From the NCBI GenBank assembly GCA_963785305.1, contig CAWAUV010000008.1, forward strand, positions 576,001 to 640,000: DNA of 64,000 bases. Reading direction: 5' to 3'. Source of the DNA: an uncultured Planctomycetaceae bacterium (lineage in GTDB: Bacteria > Planctomycetota > Planctomycetia > Pirellulales > PALSA-1355). A program made the position numbers and the translations under genes. Of the stretch, positions 1-9,976 are shown piece after piece. Numbering within the stretch: the stretch's first letter is position 1; the number at the start of each line of letters is the position of its first letter. The notes under the pieces were generated by a model. That model worked only from the letters and a program-made list of their open reading frames with translations. It was not told the origin of the DNA and searched no databases.

Positions 1-361
1 TACGCGACGCGCTCCAAGGCGATACGATCCGAGTCGAGGGCGACGGCAGCCCGAGGAGATCGTATCTCCATGCCGCCGATCTAGCGGTGTGGCTGTGGAC
101 GATCTTGCTGCGCGGCGAAAGTTGCCGGCCCTACAATGTGGGCTCGGAAAACGCCGTGAGCATTGCCGAGGCGGCCGAGCGCGTGGCCCAAGCATTTGAT
201 CCGCGACCGCGGGTGGAGCTCGCCGACGCGGCGACCGGCGAGGCGTCGTGGTATGTGCCCCACTGCGCGCGGCGCGCGAGGAACTGGGCCTTGAAGAACG
301 GATCGCCTTGCCGGAGGCCATTCGCCGCACGGTCGCCTGGCTTCGGCAACAGCAGCGCTGA
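1..361 (+). CDS. NAD-dependent epimerase/dehydratase (extended SDR), C-terminal part, truncated by window edge; frameshift near 270
   Basis: Frame 3 reads ..IRVEGDGSPRRSYLHAADLAVWLWTILLRGESCRPYNVGS.., then shifts to ELGLEERIALPEAIRRTVAW..TGA (359-361); typical sugar-nucleotide dehydratase tail. Confidence 0.8.
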
Positions 362-365
362 TCCG

Positions 366-1620
366 TCACTCATAGCGGATCGGATTCATACTGCCGGCCA
401 TGAGATTGATCTCGGTGTGGACGCTCGAAAAGAGATCGGCCAGAAATTCGAAACTGATCTCCTCATTGCCCTGGCGGCCCACGAGCACCACTTCGTCGCC
501 CCAGCGAACCGGCGCCGAGATCGGTCACGTCGACCGTGATGATATTGAGCGACACCCGGCCCACGACCGGGCAGCGCTGGCCGTGGATCAACACGATGCC
601 TTTGTTGAACAGGGCCCGCGGGTAACCTTCTCCAAAGCCGACCGGCAACGAGGCGATGCGGCTCGGCCGCCGCGTGGTGAAGAGCCCGCCATAGCCGATC
701 GTGGTTCCAGCGGGCACGTCGCGCACCTGGGCCACGTGGGTCTTGATGCTCATCACCGGGCGGAGCGCGGCGGGGTTGTCGAAGTCGGTCGAAGTGCGCA
801 CTCCAAAGCACGCGGCGCCGCAGCGCACCATCCGAGGCCGGCCGGGCAGACGCACCGTGGCCGCGCTGTTGTGCGTGTGAACGATCGCGTCGTCGGGCAA
901 TACATCGGCCAGCGATTGCAGGGTTTGCTCGAAACGCTCGATGCTCTTGAGCGTCGAGGCGAGATCGGCGGAATCGGCCGAGGCGAAGTGAGTGAACACT
1001 CCCGCGATGCGGAGCCCCGGCATCTGGCACACGCGGCGCACGGTTTCGAGCTCTTGGGGCAAGAAGCCGCTGCGGCCCATGCCGGTGTCGATGTTGAGAT
1101 GCACTCTCGCCGGTCGCCCCAGGCGCCGCGACAATCCGGCTAGAAATTCGGCTTGTTCGAGCGTGCCCACTTCTTCTTCGACGCCCAGTTCCAACACGCC
1201 CTCTTCCAGTTCATCGGGCAGGCCCATCCTCAGGCGAAAGATCGGAATCTCGAAGCCCTGCTCGCGAATGATCGCCGCCTCGTGATTCGTGCAAATTCCG
1301 ATCATGTCGGCCCCGGCCGCCACGGCCACGGGCGCCAGCGGCCCGATGCCGTGTCCATAGGCATTGGCCTTCATGACCACGCACAATTTACCCGGCGTGA
1401 CAAGCTCGCGGAGATAACAGATATTGGCGAAAAACGTGGATCGCGACACGCAAACATCGAGCGGATAGCGCCGAGCTCGGCCAACGGCGGCGTCGATCGC
1501 GGTCGGAGCCGAAATCAGCGGCGGCGGAGGCGCGGGCAAGCTCGCGGAATCGGCGATCGGCGAAGCGGCATCGTGTTTGGAAAGAGGATGCTTGGAGCGA
1601 GTCGAGGAAGTCGGTGGCAT
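366..1620 (-). CDS. alr: Alanine racemase (frameshift near 500)
   Basis: VVMKANAYGHG PLP-lysine motif, HLNIDTGMGRSG, HNSAAT, IGYGG, VGRVSLN; C-terminus GDEVVLVG..MNPIRYE in the shifted frame. Confidence 0.92.
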
Positions 1621-1699
1621 GGATCGTCTCTACGCAAAAAACGCGGCTCGCGCGCACGGGAACCGCGCGTTCCCATGTCGCGAGATAAACCCGCGCGAA

Positions 1700-1715
1700 T
1701 GCAATCCATGTGCCA
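1700..1715 (-). promoter_or_regulatory. Sigma-54 (-24/-12) promoter upstream of alr
   Basis: Minus strand TGGCAC-ATGGA-TTGCA matches TGGCAC-N5-TTGCW exactly, ~80 bp upstream of the alr start. Confidence 0.65.
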
Positions 1716-1970
1716 TGCCGGCGATTCGCCGCGCCGCGCCTACGATTCCTCTTTGCAATTGCCTCGAAAAGGTCCGCGAGCGATTATAAAAACGTCGCCG
1801 AAACGAGCCGGAAACCGAAAAATCGGCGCGCAATCAAGGCGCCTGTTTCCTAGGAAGCGCGCAGCACATCCCCGTAAAGAGAACAGGCGCGCCAAGCCCT
1901 GCCGCCGGTCAGGGCGGGTTCGCCGCGTGGCCGGACGCCCGCGAGGAGAACACGGTGGCTCGCCCGCTTC

Positions 1971-2309
1971 TCACACCGCCAGCTCGTCTTCTTCATGCGT
2001 GCGAATACGAATCACGCGGGCCAAGTTCATGACGAACACCTTGCCATCGCCCACGTGCCCGGTGCGGGCCGTCTTGACCAGTGTTTCGAGCACCACCGGG
2101 GCCTGGCTGTCGCGGATCACGATTTCGACTTTCACCTTTGGCCGAAAATCGACGCGGTATTCGCTCCCGCGAAAATTGCCGACGTGTCCCTTTTGGCGCC
2201 CGAAGCCGCGCGCCTCGGTCACGGTCATGCCCTCGACGCCTTTGGCGTGAAGGGCGTCTTTCACCGCTTCGAGCTTGTTGTGACGAATGACGGCTTCGAT
2301 TTTTTTCAT
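1971..2309 (-). CDS. glnB: P-II family nitrogen regulator
   Basis: 112 aa, MKKIEAVIR..GFGRQKG..RGSEY..TGHVGDGKVFV..RIRT. Confidence 0.92.
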   Translation of the reverse strand: MKKIEAVIRHNKLEAVKDALHAKGVEGMTVTEARGFGRQKGHVGNFRGSEYRVDFRPKVKVEIVIRDSQAPVVLETLVKTARTGHVGDGKVFVMNLARVIRIRTHEEDELAV

Positions 2310-2825
2310 ATGCTGCGCCTCGCGAGTGAGTGTGCCCCTGCGTTGAATCGCCCCGTCTCGCCAGAGGCAGCCCGGTGAGTGATTTACTCTAGCGACGCCG
2401 CGGAGAGCAGTCAATTTTTCCGCGGCGGCAGGTGGAAGTCGGGAAGTTCGAGCCATGCTTTGGCAGCCCGTCGAAAAATGCCCTCGGGGGATTTCTCAGC
2501 CTCGCCAAGCGACGAGCGGCATGCCGATGCCTCGATCGGTCCTCGCTCCATCGCCATTCTTCCGCATAATTTTCTTGCCAACGGGCGGGGCGGGGGCTTA
2601 TACTGGCGTGCGGTAGCGTTGGGGCCGGGGACGGCGTTGTCCTTTATCATGCGCACACATTAAAAGCGAATTTCGGATTGCTCGCCGCTCGCCGCGCTCC
2701 TGGCGGGTGGTCCTACCTGGCAGTCCCGCGTTCATCTCGAAAAACACTCCGGACCGACGCGACCGACGCCCGCTGGGCGTTGCCCGCGCTCGGCGTCGCG
2801 AGTCCCCCCAAAGCGAGGCTCCGCC

Positions 2826-4349
2826 ATGCTCGGCCGTGGCCCTTGGTTTATCGAAATACTCCGCCCGCGAAGAGTTTCGATCGCGTTGGACCTTTTCACG
2901 GCAATTGCCGTCGCCGCAGGCGCCCTGGCCCTTGGCGCGAGCTCCGTGCGAGTCGCCACCGCCGCCGATCCGCCGGCCCAAAAGCCTACCGACAAACCTT
3001 CCGCCGATAAGGCCCCGGCGGCGGTCAGCTTCTATCGCGACATTCGCCCCGTGCTCCAGTCCAACTGCCAGGGCTGCCATCAGCCGGCCAAGAGCGAGGG
3101 CAAGCTCTCGCTCACCTGCCGGGCCGAGTTGCTCAAGGCCGGCGAAAGCGGCGAAGCGGCGGTCGTGCCCAGCCAGCCCGAGGCGAGCCATCTGCTCAAA
3201 GCCATCACGCCCAAAGATGGCAAAGCCGAAATGCCCAAGGGCAAAGAACCGCTCTCGGCCACGCAGCTCGACCTCATGCGGCGGTGGATCGCCGCCGGCG
3301 CCGTCGACGACACGCCGCCTTCGCTCGCCGTGGTCTACTGCGCCGAGCATCCGCCGGTCTATCGCGCCCGGCCGGTGGTCACGACGCTCGACTTCTCGCC
3401 CGACGATTCGCTGCTCGCGATCTCCGGCTACCATGAAACGCTGCTTTGGAAGAGCGATGGCGCGGAGCTTGTCGCGCGGCTCGTCGGGCAGTCGGAGCAG
3501 ATCGAAGGCGTGGCCTTTTCGCCCGATGGCAAGAGCCTGGCGGTATCGGGCGGCTCGCCGGGCCGGCTGGGTGAATTGCAAGTCTGGGACATCGCCACGC
3601 GATCGCTCCGCTATGCGATCGCCACCACCTACGACACGATCTATGGCGCAAGTTGGTCACCCGATGGCGCCCGCATCGCCTATGGCTGCGGCGACAACAC
3701 GGTGCGGGCCATTGACGCGGCCACCGGCAAACAGGTGCTTTATCAGGGCGCCCATAGCGATTGGGTGCTCGACACCGTGTTTTCCAAAGATGGCTCGCAT
3801 CTGTGCTCGGTCAGCCGCGACCGCTCGATGAAGCTGATCGAAGTGGCCACGCAGCGTTTCGTCGACAACATCACGAGCATCACGCCCGGCGCGCTCAAGG
3901 GCGGGCTCGCGGCCGTGGCCCGGCATCCCCAGAAAGACGAACTACTGATCGGCGGGGCCGACGGGGCGCCGAAGATCTATCAGATGTATCGCACCAAGAA
4001 TCGCGTGATCGGCGACGACTTCAATCTGATCAAAGCCGTACGATCCGCGCCGGGCCGGATTTGCGGCGTGGCGTATAGCGGCGATGGGGCGAAGATCGTC
4101 GTCGGCAGCAGCCTCGACGGTCAGGGCGAGACCCGCATCGACGACGTGGCGACCGGCAAGACCCTGCACAAGTTCACCGATGAGGGACCGATCTATTGCG
4201 TGGCCTTTTCGCACGACAGCCATCGCGTCGCGTCGGCCGGCTTCGATGGACTGGTCCGCATCCACGACGCCGACTCCGGCAGCTTTGCGCGCGAATTCTG
4301 CCCGGCCCCGCTCGAAGCGCCCGACACGGCGGCCGCGGCGAAACCCTGA
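2826..4349 (+). CDS. Planctomycete cytochrome c domain + WD40 repeat protein (start uncertain)
   Basis: Signal-like N-terminus, VSFYRDIRPVLQSNCQGCH heme motif, MP..WIAAGA, then repeated AFSPDG/W-D blades. Confidence 0.85.
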   Translation: MLGRGPWFIEILRPRRVSIALDLFTAIAVAAGALALGASSVRVATAADPPAQKPTDKPSADKAPAAVSFYRDIRPVLQSNCQGCHQPAKSEGKLSLTCRAELLKAGESGEAAVVPSQPEASHLLKAITPKDGKAEMPKGKEPLSATQLDLMRRWIAAGAVDDTPPSLAVVYCAEHPPVYRARPVVTTLDFSPDDSLLAISGYHETLLWKSDGAELVARLVGQSEQIEGVAFSPDGKSLAVSGGSPGRLGELQVWDIATRSLRYAIATTYDTIYGASWSPDGARIAYGCGDNTVRAIDAATGKQVLYQGAHSDWVLDTVFSKDGSHLCSVSRDRSMKLIEVATQRFVDNITSITPGALKGGLAAVARHPQKDELLIGGADGAPKIYQMYRTKNRVIGDDFNLIKAVRSAPGRICGVAYSGDGAKIVVGSSLDGQGETRIDDVATGKTLHKFTDEGPIYCVAFSHDSHRVASAGFDGLVRIHDADSGSFAREFCPAPLEAPDTAAAAKP

Positions 4350-4444
4350 TCCAACTCCCGATCCGAATGTTTTGTAGCAGTAGACCGACCTTCAACCACC
4401 CTTTGGCAACCCCGCGTCAGGCCCATTCCCCGGAGACAAGGACG

Positions 4445-7400
4445 ATGTTCCAGAGAATCCGTTTGATCGAATGCTCGCGAAGCGCCGCCATCGATCGGGC
4501 CGCCATCGATCGGGCCGCCATCAATCGGGCCACGAGCCGCGCGGCCGCGCTCGCGATCGTCGTGACGTTGGGCGCGGTGTGTTCGATCGCCGCGGCGCTT
4601 CGGGCCGCGCCGCTGGGCGCCGAGAAATTGCCCGAGGGGTTCGAAGTCGTGGCTCTCGAGGCCTATCCGGCGGCGATCAAGCTCGACGGCGCTTACGCCT
4701 ATTCGCAATTGCTCATCACGGCCCGCTTGGCTGGCGGCGAGCAGCTTGACGTGACTCGCTCGGCCGACGCCTCGTGGCCCGCGGAATTGGTCGGCGTTTC
4801 GCCCACCGGCGTGGTGCGGCCGAAACACGATGGCGCCGGCGAGATTCGCTTTTCGGCCGCGGGTCACGAGATCAAGATTCCGCTCGAAGTCACCGGCTTC
4901 GCGGCCATTCGGGCCACGAGCTTCGTAAAAGATGTCGCGCCGGCGATGAGCAAAATGGGCTGCAACGCCGGCACCTGCCACGGCTCGCTCAATGGTAAAA
5001 ACGGCTTCAAACTCTCGCTCCGCGGCTACGACCCGCTGTATGACCATCGCGCCTTGACCGACGATATCGCCGGCCGGCGATTCAATCGAGTGGCGCCCGA
5101 CGAAAGCCTGATGCTGCTCAAGCCGGCGGGCGTGATTCCGCATGTGGGCGGTGTGCTCACGCGGCCGGGCGAACCGTATTACGAGATGCTGCGGAGCTGG
5201 ATCGCGGCCGGCGTGAAGCTCGATCTCGACAGTCCGCGGGTGACGAAAATCGAACTCGTGCCCAAGAACCCGATCGTGCCGCGGCCGGGCATGAAACTGC
5301 AAGCCGCCGTGACGGCCACATACGGCGATGGCTCGACGCGCGATGTGACGCTCGAATCGTTTATCGAGAGCGGCGGCGACCGAGATCGTCGAGGTCGATA
5401 AGCAAGGGCTCGTCACCACGCTCCGCCGAGGCGAGGCGCCGCTCCTGGCCCGCTACGAAGGCGCTTACACGGCCACGACGATCACCGTGATGGGCGATCG
5501 CTCGGGCTTCGAATGGCGCGATGCGCCAGCCTACAACCCGATCGACGAACTGGTCTACGCCAAGCTGCGGCGAGTGCGCACCCTGCCGAGCGACTTATGC
5601 ACCGACGCCGAATTCATTCGCCGCGTGTATCTCGATCTGGTCGGCCTGCCGCCCTCGGCCGATGAGATTCGCGCGTTTTTGAACGATGGCCGCGACTCGC
5701 GGGCCAAGCGCGACGCGCTGGTCGATCGGCTCGTCGGCTCGCCGGAATATGTCGAGCATTGGACCAACAAATGGGCCGATCTCCTGCAAGTGAATCGCAA
5801 GTTCCTCGGCGAGCGCGGCTCGGCGGCGCTGCGGGCCTGGATTCAAAACGCAATCGAAACCAACATGCCCTACGATCAATTCGTCCATGAGATTCTGACC
5901 GGCAGCGGCTCGACGGTCGATCATCCCCCGGCCGCGTATTATAAGACCCTGCGCACGCCGGAAGAGTTGGTCGAAAACACGACGCAACTGTTCCTGGCGG
6001 TGCGATTCAATTGCAACAAATGCCACGACCATCCGTTCGAGCGCTGGACCCAAAGCCAGTACTACCACTTGGCCGCCTTCTTCGCCCAAGTCGGCCGCAA
6101 GGACGATCCCGACAGCATGGGCCAAAAGCTCGCCGGCACCAGCGTGGATTCGGCCAAGGCGACGATTGAGGACATTTTCGATTCCGGCAGCGGCGAGGAG
6201 AAACATGCCGGCACCGGCAAAGTGGCGCCGCCGAAGTTTCCTTTTGACCACGCCGATCTGGCGCCCGACTCGGCCCCCCGGCGCGAGCAGCTTGCCCACT
6301 GGATCACGTCGAAAGACAACCAATACTTCGCCAAGAGCTATGCCAACCGTCTCTGGGGCTATCTGTTCGGCCGCGGCATCATCGAGCCGATCGACGATAT
6401 TCGCGCCGGCAATCCCGCCACGAATCCGGAACTGCTCGATTGGCTGACCGCGCGGTTCATCAACTCGAATTTCGACCCGCAAGACCTGCTGCGCGCGATT
6501 TGCAAGTCGGCCACGTATCAACGCTCGATCGCCGTGAATCGCTGGAACGAGGACGACGATATCAACTATTCGCACGCCGTCGCCCGGCGCTTGCCGGCCG
6601 AAGTAATGTACGACGCCGTGATGCGATCGGCCGGCTCGACCAGCCGCCTGCCGGGCCTGCCGCCGGGTTTTCGCGCGGCCCAGCTCCTTGACTCGGGCGC
6701 CTCGCTGCCGAGCGGCTTCTTGGAACAGTTTGGCCGGCCGCCGCGCGAAAGCGCCTGCGAATGCGAACGCACGACCGGCGTGATGCTGGGCCCGGTGATG
6801 ACTCTGGTAAACGGCCCGACGATTGCCGAGGCGCTCAATGATCCGAACAACGCGATCACGAAGTTGGTGCGGAGCGAGTCGAGCGATGCCCGCGTGGTGG
6901 AGGAAATTTTCTACCGCTTCCTCTGCCGGCCGCCGACAACGGATGAACTGGCGGCGGGCGTGAAAGCCATGTCGGCGAGCGACGAAGATCAGGCCCGGCC
7001 GGCCGCCGAGTTGGCTGCTTATGAAGCGCAACTGGACGCCGCGCAAGCCGACTGGGAAACGCATCAGGGCCCGCCGGTTTGGAGCGAACTGGCCCCGGCC
7101 GAAATGACCGCCGCCAACGGCGCCACGCTCACCGCGAGCCGGATCGCGCGATCTTGGTCGAAGGCCATGAAGGCAAGGGCGCCTACACCGTCAAAGCCGC
7201 TCACCGAACTGAGCGGCCTGACCGGAGTGCGCCTGGAAGCGCTGACCGATCCCAAGCTCCCGAGCCAAGGGCCGGGCCGAGCGCCCAACGGCAATTTCGT
7301 GCTCAACGAATTTCGGATCACCGCCGCGCCGGCCGCCGATCCGGGCAAGGCGGTTCCGTTGACGCTCGAACACGCCTCGGCCGACTTCTCCCAGCAGGGC

Positions 7401-7844
7401 TTCGCGGTCGCTTCGGCGGTCGATTCGCGGCCGGGCACGGGCTGGGCGGTCTCGCCCCAATTGGGCAAGAATCATGTCGCCACGTTTGAAATCGCCGGCG
7501 ACGCGGGCTACGTCGGCGGCACGCTCCTGGTATTTACCTTGAACCACCAATACGACGAGCATCATGCGCTCGGAAAGTTCCGGCTCTCGGTCACCACCTC
7601 GCGGCGGCCATTTACGGGCAGTCTGCCGGAGGCGATCGTTATGATTTTGGCCGCGCCGCGGGAACAACGTTCGTCCGAGCAACAGGCCGAGCTTACCCGC
7701 TACTTCCGCGGGCAAGATCCGGAATGGCATCGTTTGAGCGAAGCCGCCGCCGCCGCGAGCCGCTTGGGCGATAAGCGTCTGATCGGCGCCCAAGACTTGG
7801 CCTGGGCCCTGATCAACAGCCCGGCGTTTCTATTCAACCGCTAG
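4445..7844 (+). CDS. DUF1549/DUF1553 (PSCyt2/PSD1) protein with Ig-like and discoidin-like domains; frameshifts near 5380 and 7140-7195
   Basis: GCNAGTCHG, NGFKLSLRGYD, NPIDELV, EFIRRVYLDLVG, CNKCHDHPFERWTQ, FGRPPRESACECER, DLAWALINSPAFLFNR; ORFs 4196..5401 and 5487..7844 join. Confidence 0.88.
4484..4528 (+). repeat. 15-bp tandem repeat x3 encoding AAIDR/AAINR
   Basis: gccgccatcgatcgg x2 followed by gccgccatcaatcgg. Confidence 0.9.
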
Positions 7845-7854
7845 GCAGTTCACG

Positions 7855-9261
7855 TCAACGTATAGGTTTCGCTCGATCCGCGAGTTCCACGCGGTCGACC
7901 AGCACCACGCGCAGGTCGCAAACATTCGTGTGCGTGGGGCCGGTTTTTAGGAGGCCACCGGCGGCGTTGAAGAAGGTGTAGGCGTCGTTGCGGCGGAGCG
8001 CTTCGGCGGCGTCGAGGCCCCGGGAGCGCGCGGCGGCGATGATCTCGTCGTCGACCCACGCGCCGGCGGCGTCGGTCGGACCGTCTTCGCCATCGGTGCC
8101 GGCCGAAAGCAAGAGCACGCCGCTCGGCCATCGCCCGGCAAGCCGCTCGAGCGCCGCCAGGGCGAGCTGTTGGTTGCGTCCGCCGCGACCGCGAATCTCG
8201 ATCGGGGCGAGCTTGGCCACCGGCTCGCCACCACTGATGAGGCAGTCGGGCCCCGGCCCGCCGCGCATCGCGAGACCCACAGCGGCCAATCGCTCGCCGA
8301 CACCCTCGGCCAGTCCTTCGCCCCGGGCCGCGCTTTGCATCGCATGGGAATAGCCGAGCCGTTCGGCTTCGAGCCCCGCCGCGTCGACGGCGATCGCATT
8401 GTTGCCGAGAATCGTGTTTCGCACTCGCGATGGCGAGCTCGACTCGCGCGCGGAAAGGTCCGACCCCGGGCCGGAGCGCGCTTCGAGCGCCGTGAAGACA
8501 CTTGCCGGCGCGAGGCCGCGAGCGCCAAACCGCTCGAGCACCGCGAGCGCGTCGGCCGGCGTCGAGCGCGTCGGCGTCGTCGGACCCGAGGCAATGATTT
8601 CGAGCGGGTCGCCCATCACGTCGGAAAGGATCAGGCACTCGAGTCGCCCGGCGCGGCTCGCGCGGGCCAGTCCACCGCCCTTGATGTCGCTGATCCACGA
8701 GCGCACGCAATTAAGTTCCTCGATCAACGCGCCGGCGGCGGAAAGGAAACGGGTGATCGCGCGCTTATCGTCGAGCGACACCGGCGGCCGCGGTGCGGGC
8801 AACAGGGCCGATCCGCCGCCGGAAAGAAGCACCATGCACAGGTCCCGCGGCCCGAGCGCCGCCACGCGCCGCAAAATCTCTTTCGCGCCGCGCACTCCCT
8901 CGGCCGTGGGCTCATTGACGCCGGCCGGCCGAGCCGGATGCAAATGAATCGCCGCGGTCGGGCGAACGCAATCGGCCGGCGCATTGACCCAGCCGCTCAC
9001 TTGTTTGGCCGCGAGCACTTCGGGCCCCAGGGCCGCCTCGACGCCAGCGACCATGCCGGCCGCCGCCTTGCCCGCGCCCACGACTTCGATCCGCCGAATC
9101 GCGGCCAGTTCGATCGTTTCGTCACCCAGTCGAAGCGCGGGGCCATCGACGCTGATGAACTCTCGCGCCAGCCGCTCGGCGTCGACCGCCGCCACGCCGG
9201 CGCGCCAGATTCGCAGCGCGTCGCGGCGCATTTGCAAAATCGATCGACCGGCTCGCGACAT
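7855..9261 (-). CDS. Glycerate kinase type 2 (DUF4147/MOFRL)
   Basis: VVGAGKAA, LLSGGGSAL, ILSDVMGDPLEIIASGPT, GRGGRNQ, GTDGEDGPTDAAG, TGPTHTNVCD. Confidence 0.92.
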   Translation of the reverse strand: MSRAGRSILQMRRDALRIWRAGVAAVDAERLAREFISVDGPALRLGDETIELAAIRRIEVVGAGKAAAGMVAGVEAALGPEVLAAKQVSGWVNAPADCVRPTAAIHLHPARPAGVNEPTAEGVRGAKEILRRVAALGPRDLCMVLLSGGGSALLPAPRPPVSLDDKRAITRFLSAAGALIEELNCVRSWISDIKGGGLARASRAGRLECLILSDVMGDPLEIIASGPTTPTRSTPADALAVLERFGARGLAPASVFTALEARSGPGSDLSARESSSPSRVRNTILGNNAIAVDAAGLEAERLGYSHAMQSAARGEGLAEGVGERLAAVGLAMRGGPGPDCLISGGEPVAKLAPIEIRGRGGRNQQLALAALERLAGRWPSGVLLLSAGTDGEDGPTDAAGAWVDDEIIAAARSRGLDAAEALRRNDAYTFFNAAGGLLKTGPTHTNVCDLRVVLVDRVELADRAKPIR

Positions 9262-9453
9262 AGGTCGGTTTTCCAAGGGCGAAAGTACGACGGGCGACCA
9301 ACGCTAGTGCTTTGTCACGGCTGAAATGATGGAAAAGTCGGTTTGCCCGTGTGAAGCCATGAGAGGAGGCCGCGCCGCGCGGGGGCCTTGGAAACGTGGT
9401 AAACCTAAGGGGAGTTGCGACATCCCTTGTGTTTCCACAAAAAGGAGCTTCCC

Positions 9454-9644
9454 ATGAATTACGTCGGCGTGGACTCCACAAACAGGTTATCGTTTGGCGG
9501 GCGGTAGCGAAAGCGGGCGACAAGCGAGGCGGGATCGGGGGCCATTTGGCCTGTGGGGACACGGCGAAGATCCGCGACACGTTTGCCAAGCTGGCGCCGT
9601 TTGCGACCGCGGACGATTCCGACGGCATGGCTACGGGCGACTGA
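9454..9644 (+). pseudogene. IS110 DEDD recombinase N-terminal fragment
   Basis: AAGGAG RBS, then MNYVGVD/LHKQVIVW (1-bp indel) ..LACGDTAKIRDTFAKLAPF; matches the YVGxDLHK start of IS110 RuvC domains; remainder missing. Confidence 0.75.
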
Positions 9645-9790
9645 CTGGGCCGACCCGAGTTCTTGTGAATGGAGCGTCCGTCGAATTCCTTCCCGGGACG
9701 ACCCCAAGCGGGCCGATCTCGAATAGATGCCTGAGCGCAAACCTGCGACTCGCGGAACTTACCGTCGCCACCCCCAACCACATTCCAAGA
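9600..9790 (+). ncRNA. Putative bridge/seek RNA region of the IS1111-type element (5' part possibly deleted)
   Basis: GGCATGGC (9624-9631) is complementary to the target flank; ATAGATG (9723-9729) is identical to the donor right end plus core, followed by hairpin GAGCGCA-AACC-TGCGACTC. Confidence 0.55.
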
Positions 9791-9976
9791 ACCCCACTTG
9801 ACGGAACCCCATTCATAGATGCCATGCCCACCGCCCCGCGTGGGCATGAGGACTCCGCGTGGCGCTTTGAAAACATGCCCACGCTGGGCAATGGGCATGG
9901 CACACGGGGTTACCTATCATTTCAGCCGTGACAAAGCACTACCGCCCGACCAACCATTACAAAGCACTAGCCCCGA

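Larger units (their letters stand above)
9352..9821 (+). mobile_element. Internally deleted IS110-family (IS1111-type) element
   Basis: Removing it restores GTGTGCCATGCCC as seen in the intact repeat copies, with TG at both junctions; carries a recombinase N-terminus; right end TTGACGGAACCCCATTCAT-AGA-TG with an imperfect subterminal IR to the left-end ATGAGAGGAGGCC. Confidence 0.78.
9304..9941. repeat. TIR-bounded REP-containing MITE-like element, copy 1 (interrupted by IS110 remnant)
   Basis: 26-bp perfect inverted ends TAGTGCTTTGTCACGGCTGAAATGAT (9305-9330) / ATCATTTCAGCCGTGACAAAGCACTA (9916-9941); internal CATGCCCAC..TGGGCATG hairpins; extra partial end ACAAAGCACTAG at 9959-9970. Confidence 0.88.
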
